A stretch of DNA of 63,229 bases, the filler included, from Calcarisporiella thermophila CBS 279.70 (lineage: Eukaryota; Fungi; Calcarisporiellomycota): NCBI RefSeq assembly GCF_041956535.1. It is 7 parts of 4 records of this genome, joined end to end, with 100 filler letters (N's around TTAATTAATTAA, not from the genome) between each part and the next. Parts side by side here need not be neighbours in the genome. Positions count along the whole stretch, not along the records: positions 33,484 to 47,521 come from NW_027192238.1; positions 47,622 to 49,401 come from NW_027192249.1; positions 49,502 to 53,328 come from NW_027192212.1; 4 more parts are not named here. One strand, 5' to 3'. The notes under the pieces were generated by a model. It saw only the letters and a list, made by a program, of their open reading frames with translations, was not told the DNA's origin and ran no database searches. Shown here piece by piece: positions 40,780 through 52,439 of this stretch (position 1 is its first letter; each line of letters starts with the position of its first letter). Position numbers and translations under genes: made by a program.

Positions 40780-42706
40780 TTCTTCTTTTATTAGGGTGTC
40801 TCGTCGTGAAAATAAAATATAAAAGCGTGCTGAAAATTGAAAAATAATCTTCTGAGATTGTTTCAAAAGAAAATTTCTATTTGATAATAACTATGGAAGA
40901 ATGTGAAAAAGCGCTCCCAGAAAGCGCCTTAGTTAGTATGGTTATAGAGGAAAGTTATCTTTTCCGGTTGCGATGGGCGAAGAAAAAGAAACAGAAAGAA
41001 CAAACAAAAGGTGGAAAGGACGCACGCATTAAATTTTCTTTTCAAACTCCAGCCAAAAAAACTGCTTTCATCACAATTTTGCTAGTTGACTTCGAATGAA
41101 GCTAACAGACAAATACCCCTCCATCTACTTGGGTGTAGTGCATTTTGATTGGCTCGATTCAATGGATGGGGACTTAGGACGCTATGAAGAGAATATCTTC
41201 TCTTCATAGCGTCATTTGTAAGCTCACTCAAACGTGCTGAAACTTTGCCTAAACATATTATCATGTCATTCACTATACAACTGCTAGAAGCAAATGGAGC
41301 AGTAGTGCTATCAACACTGATCAATACTGATTGATGATAAGCCCTAACACCAACGGACTATTTTCTGCAACCCCCCACACGCACACTCTTTCTTTTATCT
41401 TGAGTGTCAATCAATCAATTGTTCAAGTGGTATAGCACTCGCTTTTTTATGTAATCCTGATAGGAATAATCAGTGGTAGCCCTCAAACGGCTCTGCTTGC
41501 TTTTGATTTACAAAGCAAAGTTTTCACAAAAGAATTTAGCGACGCTGTGGATTTCTGCTACCTCTTAGCATTCGCGATCATTTAGTGGAAGTAATTTAAT
41601 AGGATGGTCGCCTTTACCTAACTGAAGCAAGAGAGAAACGAAATTTAGACTCTAAATCTATGGAGGAGAATTGACTTCCATGCGCTCTCAACCAATAGAG
41701 TCGAGGATTGATATATTTATGGATTAATCATAAATATTTACCTATAATAAAGGATAAATGGGAACCAGAATCACCGGTTTTTTTTTAAAAAAAATAAACC
41801 GGCCAATTCTGGAGTGTAATTTAGAGCTATGAAATATATCTTTCACTTTCTGTACGTTAGAAGTAATACTATGACAGTAGCGTTTCACTCATAATATTAG
41901 AAAATGAGTTGCTATTATAATTTTACTCAACTTTATTATTATAGCCAAACCATACGTATTGAATTCCTTGATATAGTTGGAATCATAATCTCCTAACAAC
42001 ATTCTTAGCTCCTGTCTCTCAATACAACATATAGCATCCATGTTGAGACCCAACTCTCAAGAGATTAAGATGCTTTCTCATATACTTCAACTTCTCTCGA
42101 TGCTATAACAATATCGTATTAGTGGCAGTATTCCTTGCTCTTGTAAATTGCGAGTTAACTTAAAGTACGTAAAATTTCACTATCAGGTGAATGTAAAGGA
42201 TATGAAAGATAAATTAATAAGATAAATTATTACTATTAATGTCCCAACGTATCAATAGAGGTTATCTCTATGAAACACACGCCTTGGCTAAAAGTTTTAG
42301 CAAAGCTTATCTATAATTAAAAATGCTGAAAGTTTACAAAGCCTGAGTAAGTATATATAATCGTTAAACATATTCTATTTTGTTTTTGTTTTTTTCATTT
42401 AGCTTTATTTATATAGAGGTGTTTTATCTCAAACCTCTTCAGCTTTACGATACTTTTCTTATCTTGACATCTTGTTTGCGCGTCGTTGCTACTGATTATG
42501 ATGTGAGTTTCGTTCAAATCTACCAGGGATTCACTTCATTTATACTCTATGTTTTTGAGCAGCTGCCGCTACAATTTAATATTTTGAAGCGAAATTAGTA
42601 TAAAAAAGTTTAATGGCAACATTACTGCTTTATTATTTATAATTCAAGTGATGCAAATACTATCGAGCAAGCAATTAACTAAAAAATGGCTTTTGTTAAA
42701 AAACAC

Positions 42707-42778
42707 TGCCGTTGCCCGGAATCGAACCGGGATCATCACGGCCACAACGTGATGTACTAACCATTATACTACAACGGC
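42707..42778 (-). tRNA. tRNA-His(GTG)
   Basis: GCCGTTG...CAACGGC-A cloverleaf; TCACG-TTGTGGC-CGTGA anticodon arm. Confidence 0.95.
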
Positions 42779-42793
42779 TAAATTTTCCTTAAG

Positions 42794-42860
42794 TGTTACG
42801 AGGAAAATAGAATACCATGGGGAATAAGATTGTGACGGCGTTTTGGGGAATCGTCGCCCC
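42794..42860. mobile_element. Probable LTR terminus (TGTTACGAGG...) 15 bp upstream of tRNA-His
   Basis: Reverse complement TTTTCCTCGTAACA resembles the LTR ends at 44049, 51980 and 60459. Confidence 0.5.
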
Positions 42861-42959
42861 GGGGGAGGGTTAGTGTAGTGGACTATTCCTGGGATGCCGA
42901 TGAGAACGGCGTGGGTTCGAATCCCACTTCCCCCACCAGCACTTACTCTTAGTTTGTGG
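42861..42959 (+). mobile_element. SINE-A head (rest lost in the N gap)
   Basis: Matches the copy starting at 52057. Confidence 0.85.
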
Positions 42960-43564
42960 NNNNNNNNNNNNNNNNNNNNNNNNNNNNNNNNNNNNNNNNN
43001 NNNNNNNNNNNNNNNNNNNNNNNNNNNNNNNNNNNNNNNNNNNNNNNNNNNNNNNNNNNNNNNNNNNNNNNNNNNNNNNNNNNNNNNNNNNNNNNNNNNN
43101 NNNNNNNNNNNNNNNNNNNNNNNNNNNNNNNNNNNNNNNNNNNNNNNNNNNNNNNNNNNNNNNNNNNNNNNNNNNNNNNNNNNNNNNNNNNNNNNNNNNN
43201 NNNNNNNNNNNNNNNNNNNNNNNNNNNNNNNNNNNNNNNNNNNNNNNNNNNNNNNNNNNNNNNNNNNNNNNNNNNNNNNNNNNNNNNNNNNNNNNNNNNN
43301 NNNNNNNNNNNNNNNNNNNNNNNNNNNNNNNNNNNNNNNNNNNNNNNNNNNNNNNNNNNNNNNNNNNNNNNNNNNNNNNNNNNNNNNNNNNNNNNNNNNN
43401 NNNNNNNNNNNNNNNNNNNNNNNNNNNNNNNNNNNNNNNNNNNNNNNNNNNNNNNNNNNNNNNNNNNNNNNNNNNNNNNNNNNNNNNNNNNNNNNNNNNN
43501 NNNNNNNNNNNNNNNNNNNNNNNNNNNNNNNNNNNNNNNNNNNNNNNNNNNNNNNNNNNCACTT

Positions 43565-43979
43565 ACTCGTTGTAGTTCGTGGTCAAATTGTTTGGTTATG
43601 GCTACCGGATTGGGTTGGACATCGTCCAGCACTAATTCAAGTCTCGAGCGGTATATTATCCACAGGGCTATGTCGTGGCTCAGAGCAACCACTTCGTTGA
43701 AGCGTTGACTTAATTGTTTGCTTGTCCAAACAGTCTGTCTTCTCTCGTGGATTCGTGTGGCGGTATTCCAATTATTCGGCAGTTTATCCCATCAACTCTT
43801 TGCCAGAGTTGCGCGATAGCTGGGCAGTCTAGAAAGGCATGGGCAATTGTTTCAGGTATCCCTAGGGACCACCTTTTGCAAGTGTTAGGATCTCCAGTCC
43901 ATTTGCTAGTGATGATTCCGGTAACCATTTTATGCTTCATAGGTCTCCAGCGAAGGATTCTGTGCTTGGGTTCTGAAGT
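43565..43979 (-). mobile_element. LINE family 2 ORF2 fragment (zf-RVT), 5'-truncated
   Basis: PKHRILRW and ETIAHAFLDCP; homologous to 59870-60083. Confidence 0.82.
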
Positions 43980-44049
43980 CACCAAAGCTAAGCCTCCATT
44001 CTCTACTACTGCGCCATTGATGCATTTAGTTCCAAATTTCCTCACAACA
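43980..44049. mobile_element. LTR1 terminal 70 bp (...CCTCACAACA)
   Basis: Aligns to 51912-51980. Confidence 0.75.
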
Positions 44050-44062
44050 AAAATAAAAATCG

Positions 44063-44135
44063 GGTTCTATAGTGTAATTGGTTAGCACCCAGGACTCTGA
44101 ATCCTGTAATCTGAGTTCGAGTCTCAGTAGAACCA
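44063..44135 (+). tRNA. tRNA-Gln(CTG)
   Basis: GGTTCTA/TAGAACC acceptor stem; CAGGA-CTCTGAA-TCCTG anticodon arm. Confidence 0.95.
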
Positions 44136-45109
44136 TAAATTTATCTTTTTACCCACGATATGATAAGAAAGGGTAATATTTTCGAACACAATAACGAAGA
44201 CATGGATAACAACAAAAAGATAAGCAAGAGATTTGAGCACTGTAACAAGAGCCAAGTCAACAAAAATAATATCATCGCCATAACCAGTAATGACAACAAA
44301 ACAACCAGTAACAACCAAAGCACCTATATGGATGATAACAACAGCCACATCTTTCTACCCAAAAGAACCAAGAAAGACAATAACGACGGCACTAATAATG
44401 CCAGTAGACTGCCAGCAATTTGTTATAAAAATCATAAAAACTCACTCTGGCGAACCGTTGCGAAAGCAAAGAAAAAACAATACTTTCGAAGTGATAAAAA
44501 CCACAGTGAAGAACTCTTATTTCTCCAAGCCATTCCAAATACATCGGAGCAATTCTCCAAAGATATTCACAACACTAAGCTCGCTAACTAAAAGGGATAC
44601 AACATGCGCAATAGGCTCAGCTTGAATCAAACTTATTCTTTTCACTAGTCCCATACCCAATAACATCACGTTTTTACGCTAGATCTCGACTAAGTAGGCC
44701 ATGAGTATTATCTGGATGATTTTGGCGTAGAAATCTAGCTTACTGTTCATGGGTATGGAATTCTATTTAATAAAATCCTGTATAATGATAAAAAAAGGAA
44801 ACAAAATAAAAACACAAAGCTCAAATAGTCCCTCAAAAACGTCGAGAAGCCATATTTGTCAAACCAAGGCAAGGATGTCATACCTGAATGAAGAGAGATC
44901 TCAAGCAACCCCATCAAGTGAAAGATACCTTGAAAGTACTGGAAGAAGCGACCGATTGAACCAAAGCAAAAATCCTAAAATAGAGGCTCATGAAATACTG
45001 ATGTATCGCAGCAGCAGTAGTAAGCAAGTGGAGCATAGCGCCGTGGAAAGCATTGCCCATGCTTACCTGGAATGCACAGTCCTGAATCAACCACGGTAAG
45101 TAGTGGACA

Positions 45110-46224
45110 TTGTCAGTCGGATCCTTGGGATTCGGGCACATGTGTCAACCAAAGAGGACAGACTTTTGGACATTCGAAGAAGGTGTGACGGATGGTGTCC
45201 CTCGGAGCGTTACAGCGGGTATATTTCGGGTCATGACCGGGGAATGTCGAGTATGTAATTACACGCTCTACGAGGATTCGCCAGCGTAGTGTGCGGTGTT
45301 TTGGGAGTGTTGGCCGTTTTTGGATGGAGGTCCAGACCTTTTCCCATTCCTTTGCCGTGGATGCAACCTCTGGCCAAGATTGGGGCGTCAGCGTTTCTGG
45401 TTCCGGAGAGCCATTTCGCTGGTGCCTTCCCCGGCGGGTGGAGTATTCCGGGACGGGCGCGCCAGCCAGGTGACAGAGGTGAAGTGGGAAACGAGGAGGC
45501 GGAGGTTGTCGGGGTATGGCAGAACATTTCGTGATTTTCTCTACTAGGTTGGGGGGCAGGATAAGGTATCCGTGTTCCCATTCTAAGGAAAAATCGTTAT
45601 AGCGACGTTCGCACGCTCTTTTTAGCCTTTCCGTGGGTTGCGCAGAATATCTACGCTCCATTTCCGATTGTATCGGCATGTTTTGGATAGGAGTCGGGAG
45701 TTAATCAGATGAACTTTCCCTAGGAGGCTGAGTTTCCGGATTCTCCATGATTGGATCGTCTGTCTCAGTTTCGATAGCTGGCAAGTGTAGTATGCCTCAT
45801 TTGGGTGTTCTGGCATATGTGTGGGGTTAACTGCTGAGGGGAGGTAGATCGGGATGCCGAGGCATGTGATTGCTCCTCCTGCGGGTATGTATTCGCATCC
45901 AGGGTCGATGGAGGTTCGAGCAGCAGGTGTGAGTGCTACGGCCTCCGTTTTGTCGATGTTAATTTTAGCATCTGCCGCTCGTGAGTAAGTGTCAATGAGC
46001 TGGTAGAGATTGGTGATATCCTGTTGGTCAGCCACTCCGACAGTCAGGTCGTCTGCGTACGCGAGTGTCGTGATTGACCGTGGGAGTCCTGGGACAGAAA
46101 TGCCCCGTATCTTGCACTTGATTGCCGCAAGTAGAGGTTTAGCTGTGATGTTGTAAAGGTATGGGGACAGGAGGTTGCCCTGTCTTAACCCTCTTGTGAT
46201 TGGGAATGGGGCTGTAAGAGAACC
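45110..46224 (-). mobile_element. LINE family 1 with RT core and zf-RVT, internally deleted
   Basis: RGLRQGNLLSP, AYADD, KINIDKT, CLGIP, then a jump to the zf-RVT region. Confidence 0.9.
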
Positions 46225-46293
46225 CTTTCATTTAACTTGTATAGGAGACTTTTCAATAAAGATCCTTTAATCTCGAAAAAAAAGAACTTGTTG

Positions 46294-46563
46294 GCCTTCC
46301 TTGGTTGGCAGAGTGGTTAAGAGCCCCGGAGCTTAACCACTGTGTGCTAGGTTTGATTCCCGGCGACGGCACCAGTACTAGAGATGGGTCCGGGTCATAC
46401 TCTAGGAATCGAGCAATAAGCTACTTCGTTAATAATTTGATATTGGTAGTTATCAGTAAACAAGTAATACATGTAAGAAAATGGTAGAGGGAGTGTACAG
46501 TTCTTTCATTTAACTTGTATAGGAGACTTTTCAATAAAAATCCTTTAATCTCAAAAAAAAAAA
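46294..46563 (+). mobile_element. SINE-B (tRNA-like head with CCA, LINE-like tail) with GAACTTGTTG TSD; extra tail fragment at 46225-46283
   Basis: Homologous to 54511-54798 and 60102-60388. Confidence 0.88.
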
Positions 46564-46577
46564 TAATGAACTTGTTG

Positions 46578-47473
46578 AAGAATTACGCCAATGGAATTGG
46601 CAATTGTCATGGACAGCCAAGAACATGAGGGCATCACATTCAAGTGTGCCTTCTTATCAGATCTTCTCATAGCAATCAAAGGACAATGGATACAGGCACA
46701 AAGGAAAAAAGACGAAGAAGAGTTCAAGCAAAAAATAAAATGTTCGCTAATCCAGATCGATGATAGCCAAGAGGCAGCCTTCAATTTCGAGGAAGCAAAG
46801 AACTCCTAACCAGACATTTCCAAGTACGGAACTCTCTAAACTGTATTCCATGGGATAACTTTCGCGGACGACCCATATTTTCTCTTGACGAATTAGTTGG
46901 ATCATTTTCTTCATCCTGACGTATATTTGATACGGTAGTTCTGCTGGTTCCTTCACGAGCAGCAATTTCACGTGTGGAATAGCCTTCTTCGAGTAGGTCC
47001 GATATACGAGCGCGTTTAACAGGAGTATTGCGAGGCACAATGCTTATATAATAAGATAATAAAAAGCGAGGCTAACAGAATACATGGGATAATTTTCGGG
47101 CGATGGATGCTTTTTGTTGTTGAATTACAAGAGTATTAATCCACACTGGACTAAACGAGCAAATATGTCCCAAAAAAATTTCGGTTTAAAACGCATTTAC
47201 CCTTGAAAAGTTACAAACATAGCACTCCTTGATGTGAATGGAATGAGAGCTGATGTTATAAGGTTTTGCAAAATATATAATATTTCTTTGAAGTTTTATC
47301 CTTATAGGAAGTATGATTCGTAATATGAAAAAAGGGGGTGTCAAGAAACTTTTGAGAGGCACTTTATCTACCATGTCTTACATGTATTGCTTATTTTCTA
47401 ATATCTTTATCTATCAAATTTTCTTTATTAACAAAAAATGAAACTTTTTAATAAAGATCCTTCAAAAAAAAAA
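46578..47473 (+). mobile_element. Decayed LINE family 2-like 3' end, interrupted by a Tc1 fragment
   Basis: IKGQWIQAQRKKDEEEFK resembles IKSKWWMAMKQDRKKDF; tail ACTTTTTAATAAAGATCC-polyA. Confidence 0.6.
46830..47364 (-). mobile_element. Tc1/mariner fragment (one TIR and the HTH N-terminus)
   Basis: GYSTREIAAREGTSRTTVSNI...GRPRKLS; TIR-like TA-AAGTGCCTCTCAAAAGTT. Confidence 0.7.
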
Positions 47474-47621
47474 TAATGAACTTGTTGGATCAAAAAGATA
47501 AAAAAGATCATTTTTATACCCNNNNNNNNNNNNNNNNNNNNNNNNNNNNNNNNNNNNNNNNNNNNTTAATTAATTAANNNNNNNNNNNNNNNNNNNNNNN
47601 NNNNNNNNNNNNNNNNNNNNN

Positions 47622-49401
47622 GGTTTTTGACGGTCGCTTTGTTTAAGGCTCTGTAGTCGATACACATTCTGAGGTCGCCATCTTTCTTTTTTGCAAAGAG
47701 TGTTGGGGCTCCAAATGGTGATTTGCTTGGTTGGATGAACTGTTTGTCGATAAGATCTTGGAGTTGAGTCCGTATTTCGTCCAATTCAGTGTAACTGAGT
47801 CTGTAAGTTGGCCTGGAAGGTGGTTCAGTTCCGGGGATTAATTCAATATGGTGATCTACAGTCCTTTCCGGAGGCAATCCTGGAGGAAGAGAGTCAGGAA
47901 ATACATCATTATAATTGTTCAACAATACTTCAAGATCAGGGTTGTCGATTGAGTTGTTGGATTCGTTATCGTCTGTTTTGCTCAATAGTGTCAAGTAAAT
48001 CTCGTGTTGCTTCGTGAGTCGCTTCATTTGCATTGCTGATAGCATTTCCACGTTACTGTTCAGCGCATTTTTGAACTCGATTTCTTGGTTTCGATGAAAA
48101 AACGTTATAGTGTTGTTTCTCCAGTTGATCTGAGGATTGTGCTCGACTAGCCAAGTCTTTCCCAAGACGATATCATAATGTGGAAGGTCTGCAACAATAA
48201 AGTCAAGTGATTGCTCGTATTCTCCAAGCCGTAAGTGGGCGTCTACAAGTGTTCGGCTACAGATCTGTTTGTCACCGTTGGCAAAAGATAATTCGGAATC
48301 GGGAGTTTCGACTATCTTATTACCGAAACAATAGGCTAAGTCTTTCGTTACAAAATTGTCGGATGCTCCTCCATCGACGAGAATTTTGACCGGAAATTTG
48401 TCTAGAAATCCTCGATACATCAGAAGGTCTCTGCGTCGATTGATCGTCGTCATGTTGAGTTGGGGCGGTGGGGAATTAGCGGGAAAAATATTTTCATCAT
48501 TGGTCCCAGTGGAGATCCCCTTCAGCACCGGGACTTGAATTTTTCCGACGATGATTGCGTGTTTCTCGACTTCTTGGGACACGCTTGAGCAATGTGACCT
48601 TTCTCGCGACAGAAAAAGCACGATCCGCTCTTTCTCAGTCGCTCTTTTTCGTTTTCGTCAAGTTTTTTGTGTCTTTGGATTGCATCGATCTCCATTGGCC
48701 GTGGTCCACTATGAGCTTCGCGACTGGTTGAGGCGCGAACATTAAACTCAGGTCGATGTTCCCGGTTACGAAAATAAACGGCATCGTAGCGCTCGGCTTC
48801 TCGCACTGCTTCGTTTAGGGTAGGCGGGTTCTTGTATTCAATTTCCTTGCGCGTTTGCACTTTTAGCCCTCGAATAAACTTGTCGATCAATTCTTCCTCC
48901 GTAATTCCTGGAATTTGCATTGCTAGTGACCTGAATGTTACTGCATACTCTTGCACGCTGCGTCGTTGTCTTAGGTCCGCAAGCTTATCTCTCGCATGTT
49001 TAACCGAGTTTATCGGTTGGAACATGATGATGACTTCGTTTTTGAAGGTGTCCCATTCTGTTGGCAATCGTCCTTGTATCTTCAAATGTCTCCACCAAAT
49101 AAGGGCGTCTCCTTGGAATAAAGCAGCGGCATACGGGACCTTCATATGCTCAGGGGGATTCGTTCCCACGAAATAGTTTTCAACTTGATCAATCCATTCG
49201 CGCACGTCGGGGTAGTGTCTGCCACCAAACCTGGCGGGTTCAGGCATACGGAAAGGTGCTGGTACAAAAATCGGTTCCATTATTTCAATATCGTTGTCTC
49301 GTAAAAATAATTCTGGTGTCTAGTGTCTGGTTTCTGGTTAAAATTTTTCTGGATTTCTAGTAGTTTCACGTAGGTAGATCGAAGTCGTCGCTACCAATTG
49401 T
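47622..49401 (-). mobile_element. Ty3/gypsy LTR retrotransposon internal region: PBS, gag (49280-48522), protease and start of RT
   Basis: Retrotrans_gag region, [14 protein letters not shown] knuckle, [29 protein letters not shown]; PBS TGGTAGCGACG at 49386-49396. Confidence 0.95.
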
Positions 49402-49501
49402 NNNNNNNNNNNNNNNNNNNNNNNNNNNNNNNNNNNNNNNNNNNNTTAATTAATTAANNNNNNNNNNNNNNNNNNNNNNNNNNNNNNNNNNNNNNNNNNN
49501 N

Positions 49502-50880
49502 TGCGAAGAAGAGGTGAGGAGAGCCATCCGGCTGGCTCCAATGAGGCGTATGCTCGGAGGTAGCCCAGTAGCATCACCAAACTGGACTGCGACCGAGGCC
49601 TTGTCCCTACCTCTCTACAAGTGCCCGTTAATCACAGACGAGGGCGGACAGATGGAGGAGCCAAAACCCCCAACACCGCCATACCTCCTCAATGAGACAC
49701 TAACTTTTGTACGCTGGGGAGGACAAATCGAGTGCAGATCGCTCCATAATCAGGCTTTATTTGACAGGAATATTGGAAGGCAATCGGAAATGGAGCGTAG
49801 ATACTCTGCGCTCCCTACTGAAAAGCTAAGGAACGCGTGCCACCGCCGATACTGCAGCCGTTCTCTTGGATGGGAGCTCCGTTACCTCAACTTACCCCGA
49901 GCTTAGTTGCAAAGGTCACGGAGTGTACTGATATACCGCAACAACACCCTCACCCCCGTTTCCCACTTTATCACTGCCACCTGGCCGGCAGGCCTGTCGT
50001 AGAATACTCCACCCGACAAGGACGGCACTTCCGGCGCAACGGCTCTCTAGAGCCGAACATATTGGTTCCTCAATCCTGGCCAGAGGCTGGATCTACACAC
50101 GAGGATTGGAAGAAAATCTGGACTTCCGTCCGCAAACGACCCACCCTCCCAAAACACCGTGCGCTACGCTGGCGGATTCTTGTAGAAAGAGTTATCACTA
50201 ACTCTACATTCCCTGGTCACGATCCAAAGTGTACCCGCTGTAACGCTTCGAGGGATACAATTCACCATACTTTTTTCGAACGTCTGAACTTACACCAGTG
50301 TGACAGTGGGCAGAGAGGTGTATCATCACCATCACAGGCCTCCAGAATTCTCAGGAGCTAAGTGCTCGCAACCTCATAGTAGGAGACCTATATGAATCCT
50401 CACGAACAGCAAAGCACGTGGCTCAAATTATCTTCGACTCGGTACTGTGGCAAATCCATCGGGATCGCATTGCCTTCCATTTCGAGAGCACCCGAGCCTC
50501 ACCCGAAACTATCAACCGGGCCAAACTGGATATTGAGGAGGCTATAGGAGCCGAACTAATAAGAGCCCGAAAAAAGCAACAAATCGAACAGTTTCGAAAC
50601 AGGTGGTGCCAATAGGGTACGGTTAAAGAAGGAGATACTAGAGCGGTTCTAGAACTGGATTGACGCAGCAGCCCCTACTGCTTATCCTTTTTCATCTCAC
50701 TACATTTTCTGATATCCTGTGCTAGCTGAGATTTACCTATTTGAGTTGAAAATTGTTATAATCAATTTATCCCAAACTAAAATACCACCTTAATATTTAA
50801 CTTTCCTTTCCTATTACTTTCAATAATGTAACTATTGTATTTTAGAGTCTTCTTAAACAATTAAGACTCGATAAAAAAAA
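49502..50880 (+). mobile_element. LINE family 1, 3' half with 3' UTR and poly-A
   Basis: zf-RVT region with frameshifts; terminal GAGTCTT..AAGACTC hairpin before the A-run. Confidence 0.85.
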
Positions 50881-51475
50881 TATACCGATGCCTACTAGCA
50901 GTTTACACAACAACTACGGCTATATACAGCATCTATCACATCTATCTCTCTATATGATTATGCAATTTTAATCTTTCATAAGCATATCTCTATCTCTATT
51001 CATTTCAACTATAGTAAATAAAAATAAAAATATAACCTCCCTGATTGATCGAAATATATTGAAATACTTGCTCTCCTTAGCGTTACAAGCCCTACGGCTT
51101 CAGAGATTAGAGCATTAGATCCTAGATCATTCAAGATCATCTAGGACATTCAAAAACACGACCAGCATAGAAATAATGTATTTGTTCCCCGTGAAATCAG
51201 ATTCTATCTTGCTTTAATATTTCTTCATAATACTTTGTAAACTTAGACTTGATAAAACTTACCCCACTACCCTTTCAGTAAACAAAATAGAATATCTCAA
51301 AATAATTTTTGATTTGCTTTTTCAATTCAAGTATATTATTGTACCAATATTTATAACATATTCAAATCGCATATCTCATAACGCATTAAAATTAATATAA
51401 GAATTGTAATAGACTTGGGAAGATGGTGAATAAGAAATGAAAATTTGTAAAATTTTTAAAGTGGTTTAAAAAAAT

Positions 51476-51557
51476 TGACGAGAGTGGGATTCGAACCCAC
51501 GCCTCCGAAGAGATCACGGCCTTAACGTGACGCCTTAGACCGCTCGGCCATCTCGCC
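51476..51557 (-). tRNA. tRNA-Leu(AAG)
   Basis: GGCGAGA/TCTCGTC acceptor stem, TCACG-TTAAGGC-CGTGA anticodon arm, long variable arm. Confidence 0.96.
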
Positions 51558-51566
51558 TATTTCTTG

Positions 51567-51980
51567 TGTTGCGTCGAATAATAGACTAATAAGGTCTATC
51601 CTGACAATCCTCTAGCTATCCCTAAGCTCTTGATTGTCCTTCCGTAAACACTTCAGAAGGCTAATAAACGACACAAAGTGGATTGTAAAGTAATCCGGTT
51701 CTATCACAAAACAAAAATAGCACCCTTTTATTGTAAACAAAGATGTTTCCCTTTTATACTAAAGATAACGTACCACAAACATAAATGTAAACAAGATAAT
51801 AAAAATATAATGAGGTAATCAAGGAAAAATATGTTAACCGTAACCGTAAGCTAATAAATATACTAATAAAACCATCCCAAGGACTTAAAGAAGTGTAAAA
51901 GAAAAATAAGCCACCAAAACCAAGCCTCCTTTCCTCCTACTGCGCCATAATTCCATATTGTGCCAATTCTCCTCACAACA
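51567..51980. mobile_element. Solo LTR1 (414 bp, TGTTG...CAACA) with 4-bp TSD CTTG
   Basis: CTTG at 51563-51566 and 51981-51984; homologues at 43980-44049 and 61622-61968. Confidence 0.85.
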
Positions 51981-51985
51981 CTTGA

Positions 51986-52056
51986 TGTTATAGGCAAAGG
52001 GAGATTTCGTGGAGAGCTGTGCGGATTCCTTAATAATAAAAATAAGAGATTGGGAA
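51986..52056. mobile_element. LTR2 start (TGTTATAGG...), interrupted by SINE-A
   Basis: Near-identical to 59042-59108. Confidence 0.75.
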
Positions 52057-52392
52057 GGGGGAGGGTTAGTGTAGTGGACTATCCCTGGTATGCCGACGAG
52101 AACGGCGTGGGTTCGAATCCCACTTCCCCCACCAGCACTTACTCTTAGTTTGTGACTGCTGTCCACTTGTTCAGAAATTGAGTCTTCATTATTGAAAAAA
52201 ATCGCCCCTACAAAAAGTACAAAAGATTACATCGGTTTCACGTACATGCTATTCACGACAACTACGATACACGCATATCGATTGAAAGTCTATCGATCAA
52301 GGACCTATATCTCGTTATGTTACGTCCATTGACATTAACTTCATGTAATATATGGAAATTAAATAAAAGTTTCCATTGATTGATCAAAAAAA
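52057..52392 (+). mobile_element. SINE-A, full length
   Basis: GGGGGAG...TTCCCCC-A-CCA head, B box GGTTCGAATCC, poly-A. Confidence 0.88.
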
Positions 52393-52439
52393 GAGTTTAA
52401 TGGTTACAATGAAATAAGAAAGGGGGGAATAAAGGGTAA

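Noticed and set aside
42870-43708. ORFs of 230-268 aa
   Set aside because: Translations through N runs
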